A stretch of 61,769 bases of DNA, counting the filler, from Hemiscyllium ocellatum (lineage: Eukaryota), in the NCBI RefSeq assembly GCF_020745735.1. It is 4 parts of 4 records of this genome, joined end to end, with 100 filler letters (N's around TTAATTAATTAA, not from the genome) between each part and the next. Parts side by side here need not be neighbours in the genome. Positions count along the whole stretch, not along the records: positions 1 to 21,683 come from NW_026867983.1; 3 more parts are not named here. The stretch is one strand, 5' to 3'. Shown here piece by piece: positions 1-13,325 of this stretch. Both the position numbers and the translations under genes were made by a program. A model generated the notes under the pieces. That model was not told the DNA's origin. It did no database searches and saw only the letters and a list, made by a program, of their open reading frames with translations. How positions within the stretch are numbered: the stretch's first letter is position 1; each line of letters opens with the position of its first letter.

Positions 1-406
1 CAGGATGGCCCGAAACGTCAAATTTGCTAATCCCTGTTTTACTCTGGTAACAGTGAGTTAAAGCCCAGTAGAGTTCACCCTTCCTCTCCATCATATCTCA
101 GGGCCTAAGGTTGGTCAGCACTGTCTGGCTCCAGCACATCCCACCACTTCTCGCAATTTTCTCTCTTTCCTATCTTTACTGAACACCTTGTTTCCAGGAA
201 TCCCCAAGGTCAAAAATCATACGACACCAGATTATAGTCCAGCAGGTTTATTATAAGACACAAGCCTCGCCCCTTCTTCAGATGATCAGAGAAGCAAACA
301 AGGTGAATTCAATCATCAGAGAAAACAAACTCTGTTGTTCGTTTCCTTCTCGGTTGACTCCGTTCTCCCAAATGACATGAACAAGAGACAAGGCAAGAAT
401 AATTGT

Positions 407-717
407 GGGCGGCACGGTGGCACAGTGGTTAGCACTGCTGCCTCACAGCGCCTGTAGACCCGGGTTCAATTCCCGACTCAGGCGACTGACTGTGTGGAGT
501 TTGCACGTTCTCCCCGTGTCTGCGTGGGTTTCCTCCGGGTGCTCCAGTTTCCTCCCACAGTCACAAAGATGTGCGGGTCAGGTGAATTGGTCAAGCTAAA
601 TTGCCCGTAGTGTTAGGTAGATGTAGGGGTATGGGTGGGTTGCGCTTCGGCGGGTCGGTGTGGACTTGTTGGGCCGAAGGGCCTGTTTCCACACTGTAAG
701 TCTAATCTAATCTAATC
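407..717 (+). mobile_element. tRNA-derived shark SINE (HE1-like), near full length
   Basis: Head GGCGGCACGGTGGCACAGTGGTTAGCACTGCTGCCTCACAGCGCC with A/B-box-like motifs (GGTTCAATTCC) and a (TCTAA)n tail; related copies recur through the window. Confidence 0.85.
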
Positions 718-1229
718 AGATGTAGAAGTGCAGAGAAAAAAAAATAAAGAATATAAGGACACCACCAGTGACCTCCTGAAATTCATAAGAAACCTCATCC
801 AGCACTTTGATGAATAGAAAGAGTATGTGAACAATAGTTGCTGGCAATATTTTCCTGCTTTTTCCTGCTAAAAAGCATTGATTCAAAGCAGAAAGAGTCT
901 TTCTTTCTCCTTCCCTCCTTGAAACTGTTACTGAGATGATCAAACCCAGCAACAGTTCATGTGACAGGTTGAGAGGATTGTCTCATGATTGAGAGGGGGA
1001 CTGGGTGAGGAACGGGATTTATCCTCAGATTCTCTGGGAAGCCAGGAGGAGATTGCAGGTCTCATCCCTGGAATTTAGAAGGTTGGGAGGAGATTTCACT
1101 GAAACATGTCAAATTCTCCAGGGACCTGACAGGGTAGATTTTGGGAGGATCTGCCCCTACTTGGGAATTCTAAAGCAGAGACCCAGTCTGGGAATAAGGG
1201 GTTAGACGTTTCGATCTCCGATGTGGAAT

Positions 1230-1495
1230 GGGTGTCACAGTAGCTAGCACCACTGCCTGACAACACCAGGGACCTGGATTCGATTCCACCCTCAGGCAAC
1301 TGTCTGTGTGGAATTTGCATGTTCTCCCCATGTCTGTGGGGGGTTCCACTCTCAGTCCAAAGATGTGCAGGCTAGGTGGATCAGCCATGGGATGTGTAAG
1401 GCTCCAAGGATAGGAGAGGGAGGTGGCTGCGGATGAGATGCTGCTTTGCCTTGATGGGCTGAACAGCCTTCTTCCACACAGTAAGGATTTGATGC
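1230..1495 (+). mobile_element. Diverged SINE of the same family
   Basis: Homologous to 407-717 (TAGCACCACTGCCTGACAACACCAGGGACCTGGATTCGATTCC...GAATTTGCATGTTCTCCCC); ends approximate. Confidence 0.7.
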
Positions 1496-1859
1496 TTCTT
1501 CATTGCTGTGGTCTGGAGTGATATGTCAGTTAGTATGACACCAGGACAGCAGTGTAAAGGACATTAGTGGGTTCGATGGGACTCTCCCCAAACAATTGTC
1601 ATCATTAGAATCTTAATTTGAGATGTTAAAATTTGAATTCCACTCAGTGCCTTTGCCAGGATTTGAACCCAGGTCCCCCAGAACATGACTTGGCTCGCTG
1701 GATTAACAACCTCATGATGATACCACTAGGCCACTGCCTCCCCACATGCAGGTGATCTCTATCTTGAATTTATTCAAATTACTAAGTATCGACTAAGTAT
1801 CTGGAGATGAGTATTCCAAAGATTCACAATCCACTGAGTGAAAAAATCAATGGAATCCC

Positions 1860-2125
1860 TACAACGTGGAAACAGGCCATTCAGCCCATACCGTCTCTCC
1901 AAAGAGCATCCCACCCAGACCCATTCCCCTATAACCTTGCATTTTCCATGGCCATTCCAACAATCCCATACATTTTTGAACAGTGGGGGAAAACCAGATC
2001 ACCTGGAGGGAACCCAGGCAGACACAGGGAGGATGTGTAAATGCCACAATATCAGCTGCCTGAGGGTGGAATCGAACTCAGGTCCCTACGCTGTGAGGCA
2101 ACAGTGCTAGTCTCTGTGCCACCCC
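1860..2125 (-). mobile_element. Diverged SINE of the same family
   Basis: Reverse complement matches the SINE head and body; ends approximate. Confidence 0.7.
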
Positions 2126-2662
2126 ACTTGATTCTGGGCAAAAAATGCTGGCATACCATGTCATGCCCAATCCTGTAAATAAATTAAGAAAAGATCAGTC
2201 AAGCTTTGGATAGGAGTGTGATGGGTTACTCCCCAAATGCCTGGATGGTCGCAGCTCCGAAAACAGTCAAGAAGCTTGATATCATCCAGTACAAAGCAGC
2301 CTGCTTGATTGGCACCACATCTACAAACATTCACTCCCTCCACCACTGATACTCAGTAGCAGCCGTGTGCACCATCGACAAGATGCTCTGCAGAAATCCA
2401 CCAAGTCTCCTGAGACAGCACCTTCCAAACCCAAGGCCATTTCCATTTGAAGGACAAGGGCGGAAGATACACAGAATACCACCACCTTCAAGTTCCACCC
2501 TAATCTACATAGCATCCTGATTTGAAAATATATTACTGTTCCTTCAGTGTCGCTGGGTCAAAATCCTGGACTACCCTCCCTTAGGGCATTGTGGGTTTAT
2601 CTACAGCACATGGACTGCAGCGATTCAAGAAGACAGCTCACCACCACCTTGCAAAGGGCAGC

Positions 2663-2985
2663 ATTGTGGGTCAGTGGTTAGTGCTGCTCCCTCGCAGCGC
2701 CAGGAACCTGGTTTCAATTCCACCCTGGGATGACTGTCTGGCTGGAGTTTGCACATTTTCCCCATGTCTGAGTGAGTTTCCTCCACACAATCCATAGATA
2801 TGTAGGTTTGGTTGATTAGCCATGCTAAATTGCACGTAGTGTCCAGGGATGTGCAGGCAGGGTGGATTAGCCATGGGAAATGCAGAATTACAAGGATGGG
2901 GCTGATCTAGACGGGTTGCTGTTTGGGGGGTTGGTGTGAACTTGATGGGCTGAATGGCCTGCTTCCACACCATATAATGATTCTA
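2663..2985 (+). mobile_element. SINE of the same family
   Basis: CAGTGGTTAGTGCTGCTCCCTCGCAGCGCCAGGAACCTGGTTTCAATTCC...GGCCTGCTTCCACAC with an ATGATTCT-type tail. Confidence 0.75.
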
Positions 2986-5649
2986 TGATTCTCAAGGGCA
3001 ACTAGGAATCTGGCCCAGACAGCAATACCCATGTCCTCCAAGTAAGTTTTAAACAAAAACATCATCTGCACTGCTTACTATTCCATCAGTCTTTGTGTCA
3101 ATGTGGAACTATGATCCTCATTATTACATATAGTAAGTAGTTAAGGCCTCACCACAGAATCCTTGTGGAACACCACTCGTCACTTTCTTTCTCTGTTGTC
3201 TGTCACTAAACCAGCCTCTGAACCAAGTCAAACATTCATCTTCAATCCTATGGGTTTTAATATTGGTCAGCAGACTGTCTTGTGGTAAATGATCGAGTAC
3301 TTCTGAAAGTTGATAAGCCTATACATCCGATCAACTATTTTATTTAATGCATTTGGTTTGTTAGTTAGAACCTACCCATCACAAATCTATGTGGGCTATT
3401 TCCAATTCTCTACATGTTCATTCTCTCGGCTGTTAATTATAGATTCCACTGAAGCCCCTAAAAGAGATGTTAGATTGACCAGGATATAATTTCCTCAGTT
3501 CCCTCGCTCATCTTTCTTCAACCCGTGGAGTTACAGCAAGACATTTTCCAAACTAAAGGAATCGTTACTGCTTTGGAACCTGATGGGAAAAGACTCTGAA
3601 ACTTCTTCCCCCCCCCCCCACCCCACCACCCCCGCCGCCGCACACCTTCCTTTAAACCCCTGAGGTCCTGGAGATCTGTCAGCCTTTAGAGCTGCTCACT
3701 CTCCAATGCTGTTTTCTGACAAGTATCAAGTTTCGTGAATTCCAGTCTTCCATTCATTACTAACCTCCCTGGAATGGAAGCTGCATTATCCAGTTCCTTG
3801 ACTGTGAAGACTGACACAACTAATTATTGTACACGTCGGCCATTCCCTTAGTCTCATTCATGGAATTCCCAGTTTGTTTTTAAAGAGCTCAAATTGCACT
3901 GGAGCCTCCTTGGTTTTCTAATTTTCCTGTAAAACATTTGTGTTATTCTTGTGACCCCTTGCAGGTCTCTTTCTCAATCACTTTTTTTGTAACTCTTGCT
4001 TCCTTTGCAGTTCTTCATATCTTCCTTCAGTTGCCTGAATTCTCACTGATATTCGCACATTTGAGTGTTCTCACCTTTAGTTTTCTGCTTTCTCTCACTT
4101 ATTTTATCAGCGACGATGTGCTAACAAGTGGGGACCTGTTCCATACTGAGCTGAATACATCTTTAACCATCTCCCCATCTCATTGGGAGTCTGATCTGAC
4201 AATTTCGGCTGACACCAATCTCTGTTGCATTCTGTTTTCTGGGAGGTGGGTGTCACTGGTATAGATCAGCATTTGTTACCCAAGACTAATTGCCCTTAGA
4301 ACTGATGGCCTTGCTGTAGCCTCTCAGAAGGCAAATAAGAGTTAACCAGATTGCTGTGGGGCTGGAGTCACATGAAGTCCAGGCTGGGGAAGGCTGAGGT
4401 GGGACAGCATTCAGGGATCATTATCGTGGTCACCATTAATGAGGCTTGCTTTGTGATTTGAATTCAAATTCCAGCATTTGTCACTGGGGGAGATAGTACA
4501 GTTCGATAGATTGTGGCAGGACCTCTGTTTTGTATCTCATCTGAAAGACAACAGCTCCCTCAGTTTTGCAGTGTCAGCCTTGACTGTGTGCTCAACATAG
4601 GAATTAGAAGCGGGAGGAGGCAATTCAGCCCTTCGAGCCCGCTCCGCCATTTAACAGGACCGTGGCTGATCTTATCCTGGTCTCAACTCCACTCTCCTGC
4701 CTGCTCCCCATCGCTCTTTCTCTCACTTTTCATCTGAAACATCTTTCTTGAATCTGTTGATTGATTCTGCCTCCACTGCACTCTGGGGCATTGCGTTTCA
4801 CAGATTCACAACCCTCTGGGAGAAGTAGTTTCTCCTCATCTCAGTTTTGAACCGACCGCCTCTCACTCCATATCGATGACCTCTTGTTCCAGACTGTCCC
4901 ACAAGGGGAGCATCTATTCAACATCCACCTTATCAATCCCCTTTCACATTTTCTATCCCTCTACCAGATCCCTCCTCATTCTTTTGAACTCCAGTGAGTC
5001 CAAGCCCAAGCTCTTTAACTGCTCCTCGTAGGACAGCCCTTTCATTTGAGATCAGTCTGGGGAACATTCTCTGAACAGCCTCCAGTGCTGAAGGACTCTA
5101 TGATCAAAATAGACTCCCCAAAGCTTCTGAGACAGAGGTGACAGTGCTCCCACTGACCAGGTTCCAGTTTGTACAGGGCTCCGCTCTCAGCTGGATGGTT
5201 GGGAGTTTGAGCTGATTTTAAGCTGTATATTGGAGAGGGGTAAGCAGTCTTTCTGATCAAAGCCTCCAGAAATGTGAAGGTGACATTTATGAGCAATTCA
5301 GAGCAATGATCCATCAGTTATTTTGCCTCCTGGGGCCTGCTGAGTACTAAACCTCAGCATTTAGGGATTGCTGAGAAATATCTTCATTGACTTGGACATT
5401 AATTGTACTTTTCAGGTTCCACAGTTTAATGAAGAGCCCAGAAGATTATAGCTTTGGGTTATTTCCCGATCTCATTGTTGCTGTCTACAAGGCTGTGAAG
5501 GACACAGAGTGGAAGGAGTACTTTCCAAAAGAATAGAGGCTTCTCTTGTCTTCAAAGGGCTGCCATCTCTTGAGTGGATATGAGACAGAACCACATGCAT
5601 GCTTCAGGGCTAGAATGGAAAGAAGGAAATTACATTTCTATCACAGAAT

Positions 5650-5945
5650 CCCGATAGTGTTGAAGTAGGCCATTCAGCCCATTGAGTCCACACTGTCCTT
5701 TGAAGGTCATTCTACCTAGACCCCTATCCTTTCTCTGTATGTTTCAATGGCTACTCCACCGAGCCTGCACATCCCCATATACTCTGGGCAATTTAGCACA
5801 GCTAATTTACCAGCCTGCAGATCTTTGGACTGTGGGAGGAAACCCACACAGACAGAGGGAGAATGTGCAGACTCCACACAGACCTGCCTGAGGTGGGTCC
5901 CTGTTGCTGTGAGGCAGTTGTGTTAATTACTGAGGCTTTGTGTTG
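5650..5945 (-). mobile_element. Diverged SINE of the same family
   Basis: Reverse complement matches the SINE (GGGAGAATGTGCAGACTCCACACAGAC...GCTGTGAGGCAG); ends approximate. Confidence 0.7.
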
Positions 5946-8892
5946 CCCATTATTGCTTGCTGTAATGTTTGTTTCATGACTTTATTGTTTTAAATAAACC
6001 AACTCAGAGAGTAATGGATTGATTATAGGACCAGTACCTTTAACATGTCATGGTGAATGGCTGGAGAAAACACTGTGCAGATGTGGCCGATTACACAAGC
6101 AGCTTCATCTGCAGGTAGAAAATACGAACGACAATCTCCGATTGTGTGAAGGTGTATGAGGCAACATATGGGCAAAGAAAAAAAGTAGTCCACTTGGCCC
6201 TTTGAACCTGCTCCCCCATTCAATAAGATTGTGGTTGATCTGATTTTAACCTCAACTCTACATTCTCCGATAATGTTCCATCCCTTCAGCCATCAAGAAT
6301 CTATTTCCCTCGGCCTTAAAAATATCTAAAGATTCTGCATCCACTGCCTTTTAAGGAAGGGAATTTCAAAGACTGACAACTCTGAGAGTAAAATCATGTT
6401 TCTGAATCTCTGTTTTGAATGGACTCTCCCTTAATTTTAAACTGTGATCCCTAGTTCTGGATTCTCCCACAAGAGGAAACATCCTTTCCACATCCACCCG
6501 GTCAAGGCCCCTCAGGATCTTGCATGTTGCAATGAAGCCTTGCGTTCAGTTTCCCCTCACAATACACCAGAATGTTCTATGAGTTTTCCTGATGACTTGC
6601 TGTACCTACACACTAACCTTCTGTGATTAATGCACAGAGACCCAGATATGGTTCCGGGGACCCAGGTTCAAATCCCACCATGGCAGATGGGGGGAATTTA
6701 AATTCAAGAACAAAAAAAAATCTGCAATTAAAAGTCCAATGATGACCATGAATCCATGTCGATTGTCAGGAAAACCCATCTGGTTTACTAACGTCCTTTA
6801 GGGAAGTAACTGCCATCCTTCCCTTCTCTGGCCTACATGGGAATCCAATCCCACAGCAGTGTAGATGACTGTTAACTGCCCTCTGAGGCAATTAGGGGTG
6901 GGTAATACATGATGTCCTAGTCAGTGATGTCCTCATCCCGTGAATGAATTAAAAAGAAAATTCTGACTATAAATAATCAACATGACAATTAATTGTAATT
7001 AATCATTTGTAATTAATGAGCAGCTTTTGTTACAGGCCCTCATTATCTCCTGACTTATTCTCTTTCCCACCATAAAGCTACTGTTAGGAAGCATGGAGAC
7101 TATTCCCACCAGCTCTTGGATCTCTTCCCTATTTATGCTGCTTTCCAGAACACAAGCATCTTCCTGCTCCAGCCTCCATTCCTCACCCTCACACTGTTCT
7201 CCCTCTCTCCACTCCTGACCTCTCACACTGTTCTGCAGCCTCCGCTCCTCACCCAGACCTGTTTAAGACCAGGGGTCATAAGATTAAGGTGAAAGTATTT
7301 TTTGACCCAGCTTGTGGTAGCTATGTGGAACATGCTGCCTGAGAGGGTGGTGCAGGCTGAAAATCTCACAACCTTTAAAATACATTTGGATGAGCGCTTT
7401 TAATTCCAGGAGACAGTCGGCTCCAGACAACTGTGAGTAAATGGGATTAGTGTAGTTTAGTGGGTGGTGGTTAGCATAGACGTGGTGGGCCGAAGGGCCT
7501 ATTTCTGTGCTGTATGACTCTCGAACCTGGCTCCCTGGCTCTGTGAGGCAGCAGTGCTGTGTCGCCCATATTGAGGGAGGCACACAACAAAATCAGCGCA
7601 ATGGGCGAAAAGAATTCAGCGCTTTCTGTTTTTGAAAACCCCACCGCCACATCACCCAGTTAGCAAATTAAAACAAACGATGGGTTATAAGCACAGCTCC
7701 CTGCCGGGGCGGTGAAGGGGAGGTGTGGTCACTGGTCAGATAACAAAGACATAGGAAGAGAGGGAGTGGACCCAATTAAAATGGAAGGGGAGTGGTGTGG
7801 GGGGAATCTGTGAATGGATACTTACCCATCTGACAGTGTGCCCTCCACCTGGCAATCTATTTTACGCAATGTAGAAACATAGAGGATAGGAGCAGGAGTA
7901 GGCCATCGGCCCCTCCAGCCTGCTCTGCCTCTCAATATGATTGTGGCTGATCATGGAGCAGATTACTGTAATCCCTCCCTACCCCGTATGCCTTGGTTCC
8001 TTCGCCACAAGAGCTATCTCTACCTCCTTCTTGAAAACCAGTTCCTGTGACAGAGAATTCCACAGACTCACCACTCTCTGGGTCAAGACAGTTTTTCCTC
8101 ATTTCTGTCCTATAGAGTTTACCCCTTAACCTTAAACTATGAGCCTGGTTCTGGACTTCCCCACCATTGGGAACATCCTTCGTCCATTTGACTTGTCTCG
8201 TCCTGGTCCAATTTTACAGCTTTCTCCAAGGTTCACTTCCTTCATTCTTCTAACCTCCAGTGAACACAATCCTCACCAACTCAACCTCTCCTTATACATC
8301 AGTCCTGCTATCACAGAAATCAAATGGCATTCAGTAATTAATATTACTCAGCCCATTGTGGAATGTCGTGGAAATTAAATTGACTCGACTTAGCTATTAG
8401 CAAGATCAACCAAAAAGAGCTTTATTATTATTTTTTTTTAACCTCTGCATTGCAGGGGAACCACATGTACTTGACAAAAATGCCTTGTGCAAGGGCCCTG
8501 AGCATAATTCAGATATTCGTCTTATCCTGTTTCTTATCATACTCTCAAAGACAAAGACTGTGAAGATTTGTGTTGTTATTCTTTTCATTCCCTTGTTGTG
8601 GACTGACTGTTCTGATATTTTTCTCTTGTTGAATGTTTACAAAGTTCCTCAGGGAGAAGCTGTCCCTCGACTGCAATCTTCAGTAAAGTGTCAGAAAGTT
8701 TTAATTTTAGTCAAGTACTGTCTTTCAGATTTCAGAGTAAATGTTAATTTTGTTAATTTTCCATTACATGGAACACAGACTTTGTAGGTCAGGGCTAGAA
8801 GACAATCATTGCCGGTTCTAAAATTCAGGCTTCGGGTGCAGTAATCTCAATGGAATCATTGGATACAATCTTACAACAGCAGAAAGATGGGA

Positions 8893-9078
8893 GGTGTAGA
8901 TGGAGGGTGCAGACAGCGGTGTAGACAGTGGGTGTAGATGGTGGGTGCAAACAGAGGGGCTAGACAGTGACTGGATACTGGGTGCAGACAGTGGGTACAG
9001 ACAGTGGGAGCAGATGGTGTTGTAGACAGAAGGTCCAGACGGTAGTTTCAGATGGTGGTGTAGACAGTAGTGTAGACA
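8893..9078. repeat. Degenerate ~12-bp G-rich minisatellite (GTAGACAGTGGG-like)
   Basis: Repeated GTAGACAG/GCAGACAG/GTAGATGG units at roughly 12-nt period, about 15 copies. Confidence 0.75.
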
Positions 9079-9714
9079 AGAGCCAGATCTTGCGTGGTGA
9101 CCACATGGGTGGCTATGTGAAATCACACAGAGAGCAGTCAGTGAGCCTGACACAGTCAGGGACACCCCCTGGTGCTGAAGGTCATGCTATTGCTGGCAAA
9201 GGTCGCATTTCAACTGGAACTGCACTTCCTCCCTACACACTCCCCTCTTGTCCCCACATGCCTCACTACAACCCCTGGAGATGCCAGGCAGCACCCAGTG
9301 CTCTCGTTCAGTCTCCATTGACCTTGTCTCCATTAGCCTTGACCCTCCTCCCAAGCACTTATTTGGGCCTTCACTGAAGCTTGAGTCATTTCCTCTGACC
9401 CTTGATCATTGATTTGCCATCTTGGAACTGTCTAACCTCGTCACCATTAACCTGTACTGCCCTCTCAGCATGGAGTGTAGATTGATACAGCACAGAAAAG
9501 GCCCTTTGGCCCACTGGGTCTGCACTGGCATAACCACCGCTAAAGGCACTCTAATCCCAATTTCCTGCACTTATCACAAATCCTTGCATGTTATGATATT
9601 TAAATGTTGTAAGGTTTCCAGCCTCCACTACCTTCCCTGACAGAGGGTTGTGTGTTTATAATTCATTTCATGTCAGGCTCATGGAGTTTAATAAAAGCTC
9701 AACTATTCTTTAAT

Positions 9715-10045
9715 GTGCAATATGTTGGCTCAGTGGTTTGCACTGCTGCCTCACAGCACCAGGGACCTGGGTTCGATTCCAGCCCGAGATGACTGTCTTT
9801 GTGGAGTTTGCACACTCCCCCTGTGTCTGTGTGGGTTTCCTCCGTGTGCTCCAGTTCCCTCCCACAATCTAAAGATGTGCAGGTTATGTGAATTGGCCAT
9901 TCTAAAATTGCCACAGTGGTCAAGAATCTGTCAGTCAGGGGAAATGTTGAGTAAAAAGGGAGGGAAATGTGTCTCAGGGAGTCTGTCTTCAGAGGGTTGG
10001 TGTTGGCTTGTTGGACCAAATGGCCTGTTTCCTCACTGTGACAGT
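9715..10045 (+). mobile_element. SINE of the same family
   Basis: GGCTCAGTGGTTTGCACTGCTGCCTCACAGCACCAGGGACCTGGGTTCGATTCC...GGCCTGTTTCCTCACTGT. Confidence 0.75.
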
Positions 10046-11254
10046 CTGTGAATTCTGTGACAGTCCATTCCAGATTCCCATCACCCAGCATGAAAATCTT
10101 ATTTCCCAAATCTCATTTGTGATGTTCGTAATGAAACCATTCATTTTGTCTTGTCTCGTTTAGCTCTTGTGCTCCTTGTTCGATAAATGTTTTTTTTCCC
10201 AATAAAATATAAGTTCCTTGATGGGCTGTTAACCTTGTCCAGTCAGGGAGCCCCGGCTGACAGATAAAAAGGGGAGTGTCAGAAGGACTGATACTCTGGG
10301 ACCTGACTCTGAATAACAACCTACCGACCAACCCCCTCCTTCTGTCACCCTCAATCTCCCCATGCTTACTCTTGATGCCCTTTTGATCCAGCCTGTTGCT
10401 GCCTTTGGGAGAGGTTGGCCTTCCTTCCATTCCTAATGAAGAGCTTATGCCCAAACCATTGATTATCCTGCTCCTTGGTTGCTGCCTGACCAGCTGCGGT
10501 TTCCCAGCAACACACTCTTGACTCTGATCTCCACCATCTGCAGTCTTCACTTTCTCCTTCACTCCAGCACCTAGGAAAGTGGACATCATCCCAGAGGAGC
10601 ATAGTCCCACTCGCTCATTACAGACAGAGATGACTGGTGGTGTGTTTAACCTGAGGGTCTCGACAGCTGAGGAAGGGGGAGTGAAGGTGGCACCTTCATG
10701 GTGGTAGCACCCTTCATTAATCCACTGCAATCCCTCTTGGAGCTGCAAGAATTCAACCTCACTCACTGCTCTCCTCCCTGTAAGGTAATAATACTGCATC
10801 TAGTTTAGAGCTAATTGACCATTGAAATACGACTATGGCTAGTCAGCATAGGCTGAGCAGACAGCCACTACTGCAATGATCCCGGCTCCAGAAAGTCCCC
10901 TTGTAATTGGGGAGCACATTAGGGAGCACAGTACGCACTGCCTCTGAAATCCCTCTCTTCCTAAGAATACACTCTCAGTATTCACCTTTCTCAGCTGCCA
11001 TCTCAATTTCACTGTAAATTCTGTGAACTATGATCCTGCCCCACTAGCTGCCTGATGAAGGAGCAGTGGTCCGAAAGCTGGAACTTCCAATTAAACCTGT
11101 TGGACTATAACCTGGTGTTGTGTGATTTTTAACCTTGGCCACCTCAATGAGCTGCCATCTCAGACTGAGTTGTTTTTCTTCCGAGATTTGACAACATTAA
11201 AGCCTAATCTTCAATCCCCATCACAAAACCTATTCTCTACCCATCACTCAGAAA

Positions 11255-11760
11255 CAAATACCTCAGAGACACCGACAGGCAGCACAGAGTAACACATTCA
11301 CACTCATTGAGATACAAAGTTAAAAATCACACAGCACCAGGTTATAGTCCCACAGGTTTAATTGGAAGCACACTAGCTTTCGGAGCGCCACTCCATCATC
11401 AAGGGAGTGTCCTCCACAACCACCTGATGAAGGAGCGGCACTCCGAAAGCTAATGTACTTCCAATTAAACCTGTTGGATTATAACTTGCTGTTGTGTGAT
11501 TTTTAACGTTGTACACCCCAGAGCAACACCGGCATCTCCAAATCATTGCACTGCCTGCAGCCAGTGCAGAATAACACACACACACACACACACACACCCC
11601 TACAGGCAACACTGAGTAACACACACACTCAGAGAGTCAAGCAGCACTGAGTAACATGCTCACACTCCATTCTGCCTGTCCGTTTCTCTCTGAATAACAC
11701 TCCCACACTCAGAGTGACACCTACAGGCAGCATTATGTAGTACATTCACACGCAGCCTGC
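11255..11760. repeat. CA-rich ~40-bp degenerate minisatellite interrupted by a palindromic repeat
   Basis: Units like ACAGGCAGCACTGAGTAACACACACACTCAGAGAG recur near 11275, 11600, 11640 and 11720; (CA)n at ~11575-11598. Confidence 0.6.
11315..11530. mobile_element. Palindromic Penelope-associated/MITE-like repeat
   Basis: AAAAATCACACAGCACCAGGTTATAGTCC...CTAGCTTTCGGAG and its inverse CTCCGAAAGCTA...GGATTATAAC...GTGTGATTTTT; another copy at ~57355-57555 and a half copy at ~11030-11140. Family assignment is uncertain. Confidence 0.6.
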
Positions 11761-12040
11761 AGTGCCAGTGATTGGCCTGAGATCACTTCAGGTACAACAC
11801 AGCATGCAGCAAAGGATAGGCATTGGATAGGCATATGGAGGAAAGTGGGCTAGTGTAGGTTAGGTGGGCTTAGATCGGCGCAACATCGAGGGCCGAAGGG
11901 CCTGTACAGCGCTTTATGTTTCTATGTTCTATGTTCTAAAGAGTGCAGAGTGCAATCCCAGCACCTGAGCCTGGATCACAGAGTGAAGAGGGAATGCTGA
12001 AGATTGTAATTATTGAGTCCTGACAGCTTTCTGTTTCTAG

Positions 12041-13325
12041 GTAAAAACAAGGACTGCAGATGCTGGAAACCAGAGGCTAGATCAGAGTGGTGCTGGAAAA
12101 GTACAGCAGGTCAGGCAGCATCCGAGTAGCAGGAAAATCAATGTTTCGGGCAAAATCCCTTCATCAGGAATAGACATAGGGTGCCTGCAGAGTGGAGAGA
12201 TAAATGTGAGGGGGTTGGGGAGAAAGTAGCATAGAGTATAATAGGTGAATGGGGGTGAGGATGGAGGTGATAGGTCAGAGAGGAGGGTGGAGTGGATAGG
12301 TGGAAAGGAAGATAAGCAGGTAGGACAAGTCATGAGGATGGTGCTGAGGCTGGAACGTTGAAGCTGGGCTGAGGTGGGGGAAGGGAAAATGAGGAAGCTG
12401 GTGAAATCCACATTGATGCCATGGGATTGAAGTGTTCCGAGGCGGAAGATGAGGCATTCTTCCTCCAGGCGTCAGGTGGTGAGGGAGCAGCAGTGGAGGA
12501 GGCCAAGGACTTGCATGTCCTCGGCAAAGTGGGAGGGGGAGTTGAAATATTGGGCCACAGGGCAGTGGGGTTGATTGGTGTGCTTGTCCCAGAGTGCTCT
12601 GCAAGGAGGCGTCCAGTCTCCCAATATAGAGGAGACTGCATCGGGTGCAACGGATACAGTAAATGATATTGGAGGATGTGCTGATAAAAATTTGATGGAT
12701 GTGGAAGGCTCTTTTGGGGCCTTAGATGGAGGTGAGGGAGGAGGTGTGGGCAGAGGTTTTACAATTCCTGTGGTGGCAGGGGAGGGTGCCAGGAAGGGAG
12801 GGTGGGTGAACCTGACCAGGTAGTCATGAAGGGAACGGTCTTTGCGGAAGCAGGAATGGGTGGGGAGCAAAATATATCCCTCGTGGTGGAGTCCGTTAGG
12901 AGGTGGCGGAAATGTTGTCGGATGATGTGGGTTATGTGAAGGTTGTTAGGGTGGAAGGTGAGCACCAGGGGGATTCTGTCCTTGTTACAGTTGGAGGGGT
13001 GTGGTTTGAGGGCAGAGGGGTGGGATGCGGACGAGATGCGTTGGAGCGCATCTTTGACCACGTGGGAAGGGAAATTGTGGTCTCTAAAGAAGGAGGCCAT
13101 CTGGTGTGTTCTGTGGTGGAACTGGTCCTCCTGGGAGCAAAAATGGCGGAGTAGGAGGAATTGGGAATATGGGATGGCATTTTTGCAGGAGGTAGGTTGG
13201 GAAGAGGTGGAATCCTCGGTGTCGGTAGATTTGTATAAAATGTCAGTGTCAAGTGGGTCATCATTAATGGAGATGGAGTGGTCCAGGAAGGGGAGGGTGG
13301 TGTCAGAGATGGTCCAGGTGGTCAT
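12041..13325 (-). mobile_element. Penelope-like retroelement, 3' part (RT C-terminus and GIY-YIG endonuclease, decayed)
   Basis: ORF 12759-13325 reads LPFLDHSISI...IPYSQFLLLR..CSQEDQFHHRTHQMASFF, typical of PLE RT C-termini; downstream sequence carries decayed CxxC/YIGET-type GIY-YIG residues; frameshifted. Confidence 0.75.

Noticed and set aside
407-480. tRNA-like sequence at SINE heads (also ~2670, 9720, 19300, 51845)
   Set aside because: They continue into SINE bodies and lack a complete cloverleaf, so they are not tRNA genes.
8485-8787. ORF with ILFLIILSK resembling a TCR transmembrane segment
   Set aside because: Lacks the conserved charged-residue spacing and flanking splice structure of TCR C exons.
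422-9918. CACAGTG heptamers at ~422 and ~9912 as KDE-like RSS
   Set aside because: Both are within SINEs and have no nonamer at 12 or 23 nt.
10113-10799. 228-aa minus-strand ORF
   Set aside because: Crosses Penelope-derived and SINE-like fragments; no coherent domain.
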